Of a stretch of DNA of 64,000 nucleotides, positions 12,830 through 26,599 are shown in pieces. The first letter of the stretch is position 1; each line of letters opens with the position of its first letter. A program made the position numbers and the translations under genes. The stretch comes from Octopus vulgaris (lineage: Eukaryota), in assembly GCA_951406725.2 (NCBI GenBank), contig OX597818.1, positions 103,788,001 through 103,852,000 on the forward strand, given 5' to 3'. Below the pieces are notes generated by a model. That model worked only from the letters and a program-made list of their open reading frames with translations. It searched no databases and was not told where the DNA came from.

Positions 12830-13102
12830 TCTTTTGAAGCCTAGCCAGACTCATGGGACCGGTTTCCCGGTTTCTGTGGTGTATGTGTACCCCCCAGCTG
12901 GACGGGACGCCAGTCCATCGCAACGTTACTTAAGAAACAGGAAGAGAGAGTGAGAGAAAGTTGTGGCGAAAGAGTACAACAGTGGTCACCTCCCTGTCGG
13001 TGTTTTAGCTCAATAAACAGACACAACACCCGGTCTAGGAATCGAAACCGCGATCCTCCGACGGCGCGCCCGCTACCCTAACCACTGGGCCATTGCGCCT
13101 CC
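12830..13102 (-). mobile_element. SINE family C (tRNA head) with V-domain-like 3' part
   Basis: Minus strand GGAGGCGCAATGGCCCAGTGGTTAGGG...GGTTTCGATTCC, then GCGATGGACTGGCGTCCCGTCCAG, which resembles the V-SINE domain from memory. Confidence 0.8.
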
Positions 13103-13852
13103 TTCATGCAAATAGTGTAGGGTAATATGCGTGGTGAAGTTTACGTTTCAGTTCAGTAAATGAGTTCTTTTGAGTCAATATTGCAACGGAGAATCTGCAG
13201 GTCGCAGAGCCGACAAGCAACTCTGAAACTCAATTATGAATCTGACATTTAATTCTTTCTCTAATATGCATAATATCGACTTATATTTTTTTAAAATATT
13301 ACAACAACCACCAGTTATAATCTCTATATAAGCACGAAGTTGCAAGCATGAAAACAATAGAAAACGTTTCTATTAGAACACGGAAGCATAATTTTACTTT
13401 AAAATAGATTCTACGACACAAACCCAGGTAGGAAATTATTAGTTGCTAACACGATAATTCTAATCAGAATGAAGAAAATTTTAAATTCTGTTAGCAATGG
13501 AATCATTTTGTAATAGCAACTTTCAAACAACATATCACTGCAAATATAGAGCAATTTTGTAAAAAAAAAATTGAATATTTATATATTCAAATATTAAATC
13601 GAATTGCCATAAAGTTTGTAAGCTACAACATTATACCTATATAGGGTGTCGCTACAGCAATAACTTTACGCTGTATTCTACACATGATTCTGAACATGAG
13701 ATCTATGTCTACAACCTGTATTGATATTTCTATATTTCAATATGGTTTTTATTGTTTAGCTCCAGATCCATTCAAGTCGCGAACATTACCTTATTTTATC
13801 AGGTAATGTTATTCTGAAAATGCATTCCTTAATGAGAGCCTCTAGATGTTTT

Positions 13853-14237
13853 CACTTTGAGCGGCAGACTTTTAAAATAATTTCTTTGTAACTAAACACT
13901 TTTAAACTTCGTATACTGGCAGGATGTGTTACATAAAACATCTTTTTCTCTTGACTTTCTTGAGAAAATTTTGTATTTTGTCATAAATAACAGTGACAAA
14001 CTGATATGACACCCTTTTGACAAACAACCACAGAAATTGTATTCACCTCAATAGACGTCGTTGATTGGTTGAAATTGACGAAATGCAAGAAATTTAACAA
14101 AAAATACCTTACACACTACAGAATTTTCTCAAGAAAGCCAAATAAAAAGATGTTTTATGTAACACATTCTACCAGTATATGAAGTTTTAAAATGTTTAGA
14201 TACAAGAAATTATTTAAAATATCTGCCGGTCAAAGTG
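13853..14237. mobile_element. MITE with ~120-bp terminal inverted repeats
   Basis: CACTTTGAGCGGCAGA...TTCTTGAGAAAATT vs AATTTTCTCAAGAAAG...TCTGCCGGTCAAAGTG; related copy at 44141. Confidence 0.88.
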
Positions 14238-14580
14238 AAAATAGCCGAGCCTTTTTTAATAAAACATTGTGTGATATTATCGAAATTGTCTTCTATTTAT
14301 ACCATTCCTTCTGATCACGTAAAGGCTACACATCTTGCACGATTTTTATGTGTGCTTGCATGTGTGAGATATACAGGTGTAAACAAATCATTCAAATTGC
14401 AACTGACGTTTACTACAAATTAAATGAAGAGGATAACATCTGAATGAAATTAGTGCGAAGATCTGAAAAACAAGTGCTGCATTGGTTCAACAAGGAAACC
14501 ACACTACACATTCTCATTTATTGATATTCTTCCCTTCATAAGATATTTTTGAATTACCTCGTTCAGGGGTTGACAGATAT

Positions 14581-15214
14581 ATATTTCTTTACTACCCACA
14601 AGGGGCTAAACATAGAGGAGATAAACAAGGACAGACAAAGGGATTAAGTCGATTATATCGACCCCAGTGCGGAACTGGTACTTTATTTACCGACCCCGAA
14701 AGGATGAAAGGCAAAGTTGACCTCGGTGGAATTTGAACTCAGAACGTAACATCAGACGAAATACGGCTACGCATTTCGCCCGTCGTGCTAACGTTTCTCT
14801 CTTCTTTACTATCCACAAGGGGCTAAACACAGAGGTGGCAAACAAGGACAGACAAACGAATTAAGTCAATTATATCGACCCAAGTGCGTAACTGGCACTT
14901 ATTTAATCGACCTGGAAAGGATGAAAGGCAAAGTCGACCTCGGCCGAATTTGAACTCAGAATGTAGCAACAGACGAAATACCTATTTCTTTACTACCCAC
15001 AAGGGACTAAACACAGAAGAGTCAAACAATGACAGACAAACGGATTAAGTCGATTATATCGGCTTCAGTGCGTAACAGGTACTTATTTAATCGACCCCGA
15101 AAGGATGAAAGGCAAAGTCGACCTCGGCGGAATTTTAACTCAGAACGTAACATCAGACGAAATACGGCTACGCATTTCGCCCGACGTGTTAACGTTTCTG
15201 CCAGCTCGCCGCCT
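14581..15214 (-). mobile_element. SINE family B trimer
   Basis: Three head-to-tail units; complete head GGCGGCGAGCTGGCAGAAACGTTAAC at ~15212. Confidence 0.92.
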
Positions 15215-16176
15215 AGGAGTTGATAGATATAACACTAATGAAGGCTGGTGAACTGATAAAACTGTTACCATGGTGCAAGAGTTTTGTTCCAGCTCTTTTG
15301 TAATATGAGTTCAAATCTTCACATTGCAGCATGTGATCAGGTGACCAGTTTCTAGCTCTCACCTTTGAGCTTCGACAACTATCGCGAGCTACTCTTTGTT
15401 GTAAACACTAAGATGTCATTTTCAAGATCAGCTTGCTCCTTCTTATTTCCAGCTATCTCGAACACCTCTGCAGGAGCTTCAGGCAATACTCTTCCTCCTT
15501 TTAACGTTGTTATAGCAGCTAACTGTTACATTCACTGCATTCTATTTTCAATCATTTATTTGCACAAAAGTAACAATATGATTTCGGAAAACTCATAAAC
15601 AGACACTGGTATCCAGCTACGCTGCATTAAACTACGCAAAGTAGTGGTTAGCGACATTTCATTGAGTCCTTCAATCCTCATTTTCGATCTACAATTACGG
15701 AATTGCTGAACAAGAAATGTAGAATGCAAAGTAATATTTTTATTATAGTTTTTTGTTTTATTTTCAAGAAGATACATTAACCTTTTCCGAATTTCGGTCT
15801 TCTACTATTCTCTGCATCAAAATATATTTCGGTTTTAGTTTCCAACCCTCCACACCTATACATTATATTCTATATTTTAAAAAAAATTGATGATATACAG
15901 TTCTGAATACCATAATGAGGTTTTTTTTAAAAATTTTTTATCGAGCTACTTTAAATGCTTATGCTACGGACAGTATATTTCTGTATACACTTCCTTATTC
16001 AATTTCAGTCACTTCATTTACGTAAGAAGTAATATTATAAGATAGAATTTTAGTTCTCGTATCGAGTGCAATAACATATACTGTTTCCATCTAATTCATT
16101 TCACTAAGAATAGAACCATACAAACACATAATATAAATATATATATGGATATAGGTGTGTTTTTGTGTACGTATCT

Positions 16177-16776
<600 letters not shown>

Positions 16777-17394
16777 TTATGAATGTTTGTAAAAGCGAGT
16801 TGAGTATAATTCTGAAGTGCGCACATTTAAGTGTTCCATTCCGTTTTAGTATAGGTGTTTTGTCTAGTGATTCCATTAACCTCAATACATCAGTGTTTCT
16901 GTTTGTGTAAGAGCAGATAAAATGTTGTGACGCTAGCAAAAATTTATAATAATATTTGCTAAAAACACTTCGGAAAAAGGCTTGCAGAAATTCATATTGT
17001 TCAAGGATTTAATGTAGTTTCAGAAATATTTCGGAAGAAATCGATGTTAAAAAGTTTCGTGTGAGATGAGCCAGTCTACAGGAAACTATGGTTAGTGGCT
17101 CTGTGTATTTTACCTAGGGAAAGATGATACCATATTCAACTTGAAAGTATTATGTATGATTGAGAAGGATGACAGTAATGCCACGATCAATATCCCGAGA
17201 GGCAATTTTAAGTTAAAAACGAAAATAAATTCTGTTAATAAAGAATTTTTTTTTAAATGTTGTAGTTTGAAAACGATATCATTTACTTGCCTGGCGAATA
17301 GAAATTATTCGGGGGTATTTTACTGACGCGAAATGCAAAAATTGTTTTAGAAAGTAAAGTATTAAAATAGCTATCTATCAAACTATATACGTCC

Positions 17395-17478
<84 letters not shown>

Positions 17479-17644
17479 GTTGCCATCAGAAATGCAACAA
17501 TGTGCATACGTAAGCAGAGGCTTGTCAAATTGCACGTCTTTAGGGTAATATTTCCTCTCCAGTAGCTCTTTCTGTCATTTATTTTACATTCCGACCAAAT
17601 ATTGGCTTACAATATCTTTCACGAAAGTGTCATTGACTAGAATA

Positions 17645-17680
<36 letters not shown>

Positions 17681-18628
17681 TTAAATGCTAAACCTCTGGA
17701 AAGTTTTAAGAGTCTTTACAATTCCAGTGATGGCTTGCTTGTGTAGTCTTCGAATCAGCTTTCTCCTTTCTGGTTTTCAGAAGCCTAATTTCTCAAGATT
17801 ATTACTTATTCATTGCGTTACATACATAATTAGCGATGTAAACCTGCGCTTGGAATCTGGGTAACGTAATTCTAGATTTCTCGATAGATTAGCGTTGGTA
17901 TTTTCTCTTGTCGATGATCTTTTGATTTATGATAACATCCGCAGGGAATCTAACTTCCACAACCATACACAGTCTCTCTACACCTACCCAAATCACTATG
18001 TCAGTCCTATAATGTTTACATTTTGTAAACCACCAGTACTCCTTATTATGAGTGGCTTATGCCTTCTATCATACCGTGGCTTCTTATTTCTTTTGCCGCA
18101 CATTTCTCATTTATCATATTATACAATGTCTTAGATACACCATGCCTCATCCATAGATAATACCCTGATGACATTTTCGAACAACTGCTGATTTGGGTAA
18201 CAACTACGGTATTGATATACTCCAGCAAATTTGTTTTTTGTAGTTACAGATTCTTTTATAGATACAGCTAGAAATGAACTCTTTGCCTGTGGAGGTGTCG
18301 TTTTCCTCCTCTTCCTCTGATGTGTTGTTGACGTTGTCGTAACCAGCCATGGATTTGTAGTAACACTCTGCATGGTAAAGATATGTTTCAGTCGAAAATG
18401 CCTATGATCTTGAGTTAAAGGTTCCCTTAGTTAATTCATCTGGAGATTAACCAGTTATTTAATAAGGTTGATAATTCTCGCATCAAAGCTGGAAAGAATA
18501 TTCATCGTATTTTCGATAAATACTTTCTCCACGCCTAATATGTGACTTGTCGCTTCGAGTGTGGTATGTATGTATGTATGTATGTATGTATGTATGCATG
18601 TATTATGTACGTAAGTATGTAAGCGTGC

Positions 18629-18707
<79 letters not shown>

Positions 18708-18774
18708 CTCTAGGCATCGATGAATGTGCACGCATGCCTCAGTCTCTCTCACTCTCTCTCTCTCTCTCATGATG

Positions 18775-18968
18775 GATCATTAGCCACTACACACATTTTT
18801 TTCTCTCCTTGCTTCTCTCCTTGTATTTTTTCCGTGTCCCTTTCTGTAGAAGAGCGTAGGCTCGAAACGTAAAATACTTTTTCTATTCCTGTGCCTTATA
18901 CTAATACATCTGTTTGTTTTGTACACCACCTGTCTTCGTCTTTTGATTTTTTCGTAAACTCTCCCTAT
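18775..18968 (+). mobile_element. Family D short element with atypical hammerhead (18840-18875)
   Basis: TTAGCCACTACACAC...CTTTCTGTAGAAGAGCGTAGGCTCGAAACGTAAAA...CGTAAACTCTCCC(TA)n. Confidence 0.85.
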
Positions 18969-19444
18969 ATATATACATAAATAAAACGCAGTTATTTTAT
19001 TCCATACGCATAGAAATATATGACAAATAGTAGTTGAAAATGCACTGAGAATAGTCAAAATAATTTCTATGAATATATTTGAAGCTTTAACCGGTTTCAC
19101 AGTTTACACTGATTTTCAAAAAGTTCAAGTAGAATGACGTGGCTTCTGACTAGTGTTTGAAATTTGCCCCGTTTTTATAGAGAGTTCATGGCTCAAATTA
19201 GTATGTTTTTGTATAGGATTTGCTTGCTAGAGGATAGTCACGTGACTGGTCTTAGAAATTTTTGTAGGTTCCTAGCTACGTGCGTGCGTTAGTATCAATG
19301 GAAATGTTTGGCGTTGTAAGTTAAGGCTGACACAGTTGACTTTTCAGTCAACAGTGAACTTGTTTGGTCCACTGTGTTAGCCGCATCTTACGGCGCCACA
19401 TATTCTCAGTATATTTTCAACTATTTTCCGTATATATATATATA

Positions 19445-19668
19445 TCTTTTACTCTTTTACGTGTTTCAGTCAATTGACTGCGGCTATGCTGGAGCACCGC
19501 CTTTAGTCGAACAAATCGACCCGAGGACTTACTCTCTGGTAGCCTAGTACTTATTTTATCGGTCTCTTTTGCGGAATCGCTAAGTTACGGGGAAGTAAAC
19601 ACACCGCTATCGGTTGTCAAGCGATGTTGGGGGGGGGCCATCACAGACACACGCACATATACATACTC

Positions 19669-19707
<39 letters not shown>

Positions 19708-19714
19708 TAGCCTA

Positions 19715-19761
<47 letters not shown>

Positions 19762-19921
19762 GACACGCTTCATTCAGTTTCCGTGTACCAAATCCACTCA
19801 CAAGGCTTTGGTCGGCTCGAGGCTATAACTGAAGGCACTTGCGCAAGGTGCCACGCAGTGGGAATGAACCCAGAACCATGTGGTTGGTAAGCAAGCTACT
19901 TATCACACAACCACTCCTGCG
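19445..19921 (-). mobile_element. SINE family A full-length
   Basis: Reverse complement of the 7463 copy, with internal (TA)n. Confidence 0.92.
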
Positions 19922-19950
19922 ACGATATATATATATATATATATATATAA

Positions 19951-20125
19951 AGTTAATCCAAACAAGAAAGCACAAAAAAACACAACAACGCGAGGACGTG
20001 GAACAAATATAATATTATTGGACGCTCAGGAAAGAAGGAAGCTATTCGTCGGAAACATAGGAGAAGGCAAGATACAGAGAAGTGAAGACAGAGGGAAAAA
20101 AATCGCCAACGGTACACACGATCAC
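19951..20125 (-). mobile_element. Short (TA)n-flanked element, probably an internally deleted relative of family D
   Basis: Shares TTCCTGAGCGT with family D; minus strand retains a TTT-CCGACGA-A core remnant; TA tracts on both sides. Confidence 0.45.
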
Positions 20126-20134
20126 ATTTTGAAA

Positions 20135-20185
<51 letters not shown>

Positions 20186-22005
20186 TTATATATGTATGCA
20201 TAAATATATGTAGACATGTATACATGAGACACTATATTTATTGTGGTATAATTCTGTTATTTTATACTTCTAAACACCGTCACCCATTGCCCGTGAGTAA
20301 CTTCCTTTGATATACCTTTCCGCTTACAAATTGCATTTGCAATGTACATATTAACTGAATGATTTCTTTTTCTGAAAACATAGCCGTTCCACATTGTCAC
20401 TTTTTATTTTACTAATAAAACCGTGTTATTTTATACACTGAACTTAAAAACTGAAAGTTGTTAACAGATATTCGCAAAAAGGTTAACTGAACTGTGTAAC
20501 AGTACATTTTTTTATACGCTCAAAACCACAAACTCCAGCCGTTATTGTGGCACACGTTGGACATTTGTACGCATGTCAATGCATTTCCAATGTACCTTTG
20601 ATGCCCATGTGAGTTGTTGATAAATCAACAACAGAACGAATTTGTATATTTAACCCAGAGGAATATAGTCTTATTTAAAATGTCATTGTAGATTGCTTTA
20701 GCATCTAAGTCAGGTCGCATCGGGAACCTGGGATAGGTTGGTGGGTGTAGTGCAGTCGCTGATTACATAAATGATATCTTCTGCAGTAAGGAGATATAAT
20801 CGATATTTCACAAATAACAGGGGCCTGGAAAGTCATTAAATTTATACATGCATCTTCATTAAAATATTCATTAAATATGAATGCGAAAAACGTTACATAT
20901 GGTCATGATATAAGTTATTTAATTAAACGAAAACCCTTATTTTACACACATACATGCCTTTGGATCAATTGATTGAACCAATGGGTATGTCGATATTTTG
21001 TCACTTTACCCCCGAAATATGGATGTGGTAACAGTTGTGAGTTTTGAATCCTTCTTGAAACATTTCAATAAGTTGAATGATTTACGCAGGTCAGTTTGGC
21101 AAAGACACTGGCTCTGTTCGCGGGAATAATACATGTTTAAAAATGGAGATTCTATCTTAGACAAGAATATATTGGAATTTCTTTTTGCTTGGTTTCTCTA
21201 AAGAAATCTGAAATGTATGATAAATAGAACGATCAAAACTATGTATTGAATTTATGATGTTGTTAATAAAAATTGCGAAGAAGCAAAATAAAGCCGTCTC
21301 GCTTCAAATAAAAATAAACCTGATTCGGTCCAACGTTGCAATATATCATAACATGGTATAAATATTGCTGGCACAAGAAATGTTGCAAGTATCAGATGGA
21401 ATAATGTAATATTATGGTAAAATGTTCACTAAGTATTCAGCTTTTGCTGTGATGAATATAGTCAATCAAGAAACATATAGATTCAGGATTATATAACATA
21501 GGCAGAGGGAGCACTATTTATGTGATGTGAAAATCGTTGCAGCAGGCGATCTCTTGAGTTATAAAAAACTAACGCTGGGTAATAAAATTAGGGATCTTAG
21601 GTAAACTTCCAATATGATGCTAAAACGGAAATAATAAGTCACAATTTTAGTATTTTATTGCTTCAGGAGAGAGTTACTTTCTTTTGGTGCCTTATTATTT
21701 AACACAATCTACAATTCCGTTTCCACCCATTTACTTATTTATTATTTCTAAACTTTTCGTTGCATCCTGCAACATTTTCAATTGTCCTTGACTCCGTCCG
21801 TTATCAGACCTGCGTTCTTTTTGTTGATTTTTTGCTTGTACGTTTGTATGCGCGTCACTGTATATGTGTATACACATATGTATGTAACTATATATGCATG
21901 TATGTATGGCCACAGGTTTCGGTCTTCATTTGTGCATGTATCTGTGTATGTGTATGTGTGCTTGTCTGTCCGTATTACTTATGTACTTATCTATCTATCT
22001 GTTCA

Positions 22006-22051
<46 letters not shown>

Positions 22052-22102
22052 TGTATATATATGTACATATATAAATACACACACTCACACACACACACGT
22101 AT

Positions 22103-22158
<56 letters not shown>

Positions 22159-22164
22159 GTCTAC

Positions 22165-22514
22165 ATAGCATCGATTATATCGACTCCGGTGCGTAACTGG
22201 TACTTATTTAATCGACCTCGAAAGGATGAAAGACAAAGTCAACCTCGGCAGAATTTGAACTCAGAACGTAGCGGTAGACGAAATACCTGTTTCTTTATTA
22301 CCCACAAGGGGCTAAACATAGAGGGGACAAACAAGGACAGACAAACAGATTAAGTCGATTACATCAACTCTAGTGCGTAACTGGTACTTAATTTATCGAT
22401 CAGCAAAGGATGAAAGGCAAAGTCGACCTCGGCCGAATTTGAACTCACAACGTAACGGCAGACGAAATACCGCTAGGCATTTCGCCCGGCGTGCTAACGG
22501 TTCTGCTAGCTCGC
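22165..22514 (-). mobile_element. SINE family B dimer
   Basis: Same consensus blocks as 14581-15214. Confidence 0.9.
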
Positions 22515-22877
22515 ATTCTTGCAGTGACTCCATATTATAAAGTCATAAGTCCATCATGTGCACAAAGAGAAATATTAATTTCCTGGGAACAGTTAAAGAG
22601 TTTTGTATTTTTAGAGAAGTATAGTAGTTGCATTAGACGAATATTGAAATTGGATCACGTCAGGCAAAAAATTGGACCGAATATTAGTGTAGCGGTGAAA
22701 AGATAAGCATCTAGCTGTCAACGATACGCTTGTTTCGTGGTAAGGCTTAGAACTTAAGAAACTAGGAATATGAAATACGAAATTGGTCTAAAACATTGTG
22801 GAATCAGCAGATTAGAAATGCAGATGTCACAGCAGCAGCAAAACAGCCACCATCGACACCCAGCAACAGCAGTAAGT

Positions 22878-23255
22878 GGAGGCGCAATGGCGCAGTGGTT
22901 AGGGCAACGGACTTGCGGTCGGAGGATCGCGGTTTCGATTCCCAGACCGGGCTTTGTGTGTGTTTATTGAGAGAAAACACCTAAGGCTCCACGAGGTTGC
23001 GGCAGGGGGTTGTGGCGACCCCTGTTGTATTCTTTCGCTACAATTTTAACTCACTCTTTCTTCGTGTTTCTTGTCCCCGACTTCCTACACAACCGCTGAG
23101 GCTGGATGCGCATTCATCCATCCGTCGATGCTCTCGGTGTCAGGGGTTGACCTGCTTTCTCTTCTGCGGGTGTTACGAATAGCAAAGGACCACGTTTCGG
23201 ACTTCTCCCACTACACTCTGGGACGAAGACCGCTTCGCTCAACAAACAAACAAAC
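22878..23255 (+). mobile_element. SINE family C with a different 3' tail ending in (CAAA)n
   Basis: Head GGAGGCGCAATGGCGCAGTGGTTAGGGC...GGTTTCGATTCCCAGACCGGG matches the 12830-13102 copy up to ~23070, then diverges. Confidence 0.85.
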
Positions 23256-24504
23256 AGCAGCAGTGAAACAGCCACCTCCGACACTAACTCCTAGCAGTAG
23301 CAGTAGTAGGAGTCATCGCCACCATCATTGTAGTATCAGCAATAGTAGAATTAAATGAGAAGAAAAGGAGTGGATAATAATTTTCATGAACTTTGAGGAA
23401 CGGCGGAACATTTACAGACGCCATTGTCACAAATAAATGACAATTGAATGAAAGTAATTTGTTTTGTTTCTTTTTAATTAATAATTACATTAGTAAATAT
23501 TCTAATGGTCGTTGGTAAATAGCAAAAAGAACACAGAGAAGACGATATTTGTGTTATTTTATTTTCCCCTGCAAAGTTCATCTATTCCATTACAGAAAAC
23601 TAATATATTTGAACCGTTGTTCCAGTGCAATGTAAAGTCGTCCACAGTTCTATTGTGAACGTTGAATTGTCTCCGTCAATTAACAACATAGGTTTCTTCC
23701 CCAGAGCTTAGTTTCCTTCTCAATTATCTTTTTAAAATTCATAATCGATACGTTTTTTTTTATTCCTTTTCTTTCATGAACAAGATATTCAAAAGCTTTC
23801 ATGTCATTCCTCTCTTACTGTACTTTATATTTAAAAGTTAATATTATTTTCAGACATAATAAATACTAGCTATTGTTTTATGTCAATACATTATTTAAAA
23901 CAAAATATTGACTCACTCTTTTATTCTATTTGCTCTTTTCGTATCAAATAGTATTAATTCTGTAAATTCTGTAGTCCACAAGGTCAAACATTGATTAGTT
24001 CGTTCAATATAAGATCGAATGTGCGTAGGAGGGAATCGTATATTCAATTGCTTCTACCAACTTGTATTACAAGTACCAATTTTACTGAATAATATAGGCG
24101 GCATGTCATTGATAAATATGACTGACAAAATATTAAAGTAGAGCTTATCTAGAATTACTGCCTAATCAACATATTTCCCTCAGTCATATGCAGCTACAAA
24201 AATATTAAAATTCGGATAAGCAAATATTTTGATAAATATCATATAATTCTTACAGCTTCGTAGGTTTCTGAAGCGGCCGAGCCACATAGTAGTAATGAAC
24301 GACATCCCACATCCCGTTACAGTTTAAGGTCTTTCTTTTGGAGATACACAACACGCCAACATTTGTTGGCCAATACTCTATACTGTGAGGTATTACCTAT
24401 GGTTAGGACACAATAACAGCTGGAACATCTTGATATATATCTTGTCCTGGTGAAATATATATATAGAGAGAGATAGCGAAATGGATTACACTGGATGAAT
24501 TAAA

Positions 24505-24770
24505 ATCGTCCGTTACGATGAAGTATTTTCCAGTTAATTCGACTAACCGAACACCCTCCTCGTGAAATTCACGTGCAACTGGATGGGCACCTCACACGTA
24601 ACAAGGCTGAACCATAGAAATGCAGGTACTACTCATTTTTGCCAAATGGTTATACGGGAGTAATGTGAAATAAATGCCTTTATCAAGAGCGCAACACACC
24701 GCCGGAAATCGAACCGACGACTTTGTGCTTGTGACAAAAATAGACTGAACACTAAATCACGCGTCTTCAA
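24505..24770 (-). mobile_element. Old diverged SINE related to family C
   Basis: Minus strand GAAGACGCGTGATTTAGTGTTCAG...GGTTCGATTTCCGGCGG...CTTGATAAAGGCATTTATTTCAC; similar head at 35177. Confidence 0.6.
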
Positions 24771-25289
24771 ATGAATTCAGATACGAAATGTCTAAAGGAC
24801 ATTCACAGTAAATATTTGTTTGCCGCTCCTAGAAAAAAAAACATATTACGTTAAGTAGAAGTTTGACGTTTCAGGCTTCTCATTACGCGGCGAAATATGC
24901 AGAAACATTTAAAGAAGTGGAGGAAGTTGAGGGAAAATGAGATATGAAAAAATGAGTCAGAAAAAATAGCATGTTCTTGATCACGGACTCACACAAGACG
25001 CATATACATACGTAGATGCGTACATACACACACACACACATACATATACATCTATATGCGCGCGTACACACCTATATATTTAGGTGAAGATAGTCTTGGT
25101 CGGTTTATGGTGTTAGCCAGTTCGCCCCTTGTAGGTAATAAAAAATCATTATGGTGTTAGCCAGACCCTAAGCGCTTTACGGACGCGAAATACCGCGTAA
25201 CCCATACACCGGCCGTAACTATATCTAAATACTTTACTGCTGTATGACTTACAGTGTGATTAATGATTTACTGAGAGCATAATATATGT

Positions 25290-25365
25290 ATTCCTGAGCG
25301 TTATACTAATACATCTTTGTTTTGTACACCACCTGTCTTCGTCTTTTGTTTTTTTCGTAAACTCT

Positions 25366-25370
<5 letters not shown>
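25290..25370 (+). mobile_element. Family D 3' fragment
   Basis: TATTCCTGAGCGTTATACTAATACATC...CGTAAACTCTCCC(TA)n. Confidence 0.85.
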
Positions 25371-25408
<38 letters not shown>

Positions 25409-26086
25409 GATACCATTTAAGTGTGGTATATATGCCATAGAATTAACTTACACTTATTTATCAATGGCTGGCTGAATTTTATAGTAATATTCTGATCAAA
25501 TTAAACCGTTAATTTCTGAAAGCGAATATTTCCGGATGCTTCGAGTTTCCTGGAAACTTTTTACACCGTTAGAAAAGCGTATTTTCATTTCGTTTAAAAC
25601 ATTTAATAAAAGTGCTCGTAGAAAATACAATGTCTCCCATAAAATGTATAGTATAGCCATATAGCGTGATAATAAAGTCAGTGTTTATTAAGTTACTTTC
25701 CATTTTCCAAAATTTACGAGACTACAGACAAATTATGATCGTGTTTTAAACCGATGACCGTTCTGGACCATGATGTGTCAATAATGGGCAGCAATGCAAT
25801 AATAATCATCGACAAAGAATTATTTATCCACTTATTTATTTGCGCGCCTTCTCGTTCAGTGGTAGCCCTAAGTCTTCGACTGTTGACACTTGTGTATGCT
25901 AAGCTTTATCTTTCCCGTACCCAATAAAAATGTCTAATAGTTTGAGCTTCAGCGAAGCTTGAGTGTATTCTACTGAACCTTTCCGTGGAATCCACCTTTT
26001 TAGGAAGATCACAGTGACTCGGACCCTTAAACTACTGTGGTAACTTGAGTGCGCTTCATCGTGCTGCAAATAAAACTATATTTTAG

Positions 26087-26515
26087 ATGTTGTTGTATTT
26101 AGGAAGGGTCATTTTGCCAGTTTAGCCAACAAAGACACGCGCACTATATATTTGGTGTTAATTTGCTTCAGCTTTATTTATTTTTTACATTAATCTTAAT
26201 CTTATTTCGTCCACACACACAATAACTAAATATAGACACACATAGAGGTATACGCATGCGCAAATCAAAACATACAATAGGAATACAAAATACAAAAGGG
26301 CTGACCGTTAGTAAGGAGAGACAAACAAATGAGAAAGAAAAAAGCAAAGGACCACTGATGCGGTCACAGGAGTGTGACGAAAGAACGCTGGCCGAAATAA
26401 GATTAGGATTAATGTAAAAAGTAATTAACGCTGAAGCAAATTAACACCAAATATATAGTGCGTGTGTTTTTATTGGGTAAACTGGCAAAATGACCATTCC
26501 TAATTACAACAACAT
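26087..26515. mobile_element. Family F fold-back element (~125-bp inverted arms) with degenerate hammerhead (26349-26393)
   Basis: Arms 26087-26211 / 26392-26515; CCA-CTGATGCG-GTCACA(GGAG)TGTGAC-GAAA-GAACGC-TGG. Confidence 0.8.
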
Positions 26516-26599
26516 ATGTTTCAACACATGATTTCACATCAAGAATCTTGCAAAACAAATATATAAACGTATATTTTAAATGTTCTCCTGAATGTTCGG

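Noticed and set aside
14581-15214. CRISPR-like regular repeats
   Set aside because: Units are ~185-220-bp SINE monomers with no unique spacers, in a eukaryotic context.
18160-18200. TACC-CTGATGA...GGGTA motif, also readable as YPDDIF (RT-like)
   Set aside because: No GAAA or stem II, and the peptide is preceded by a stop; too weak either way.
22878-22952. tRNA gene
   Set aside because: A/B boxes are present but it continues into a SINE body with dispersed copies; it is a SINE head.
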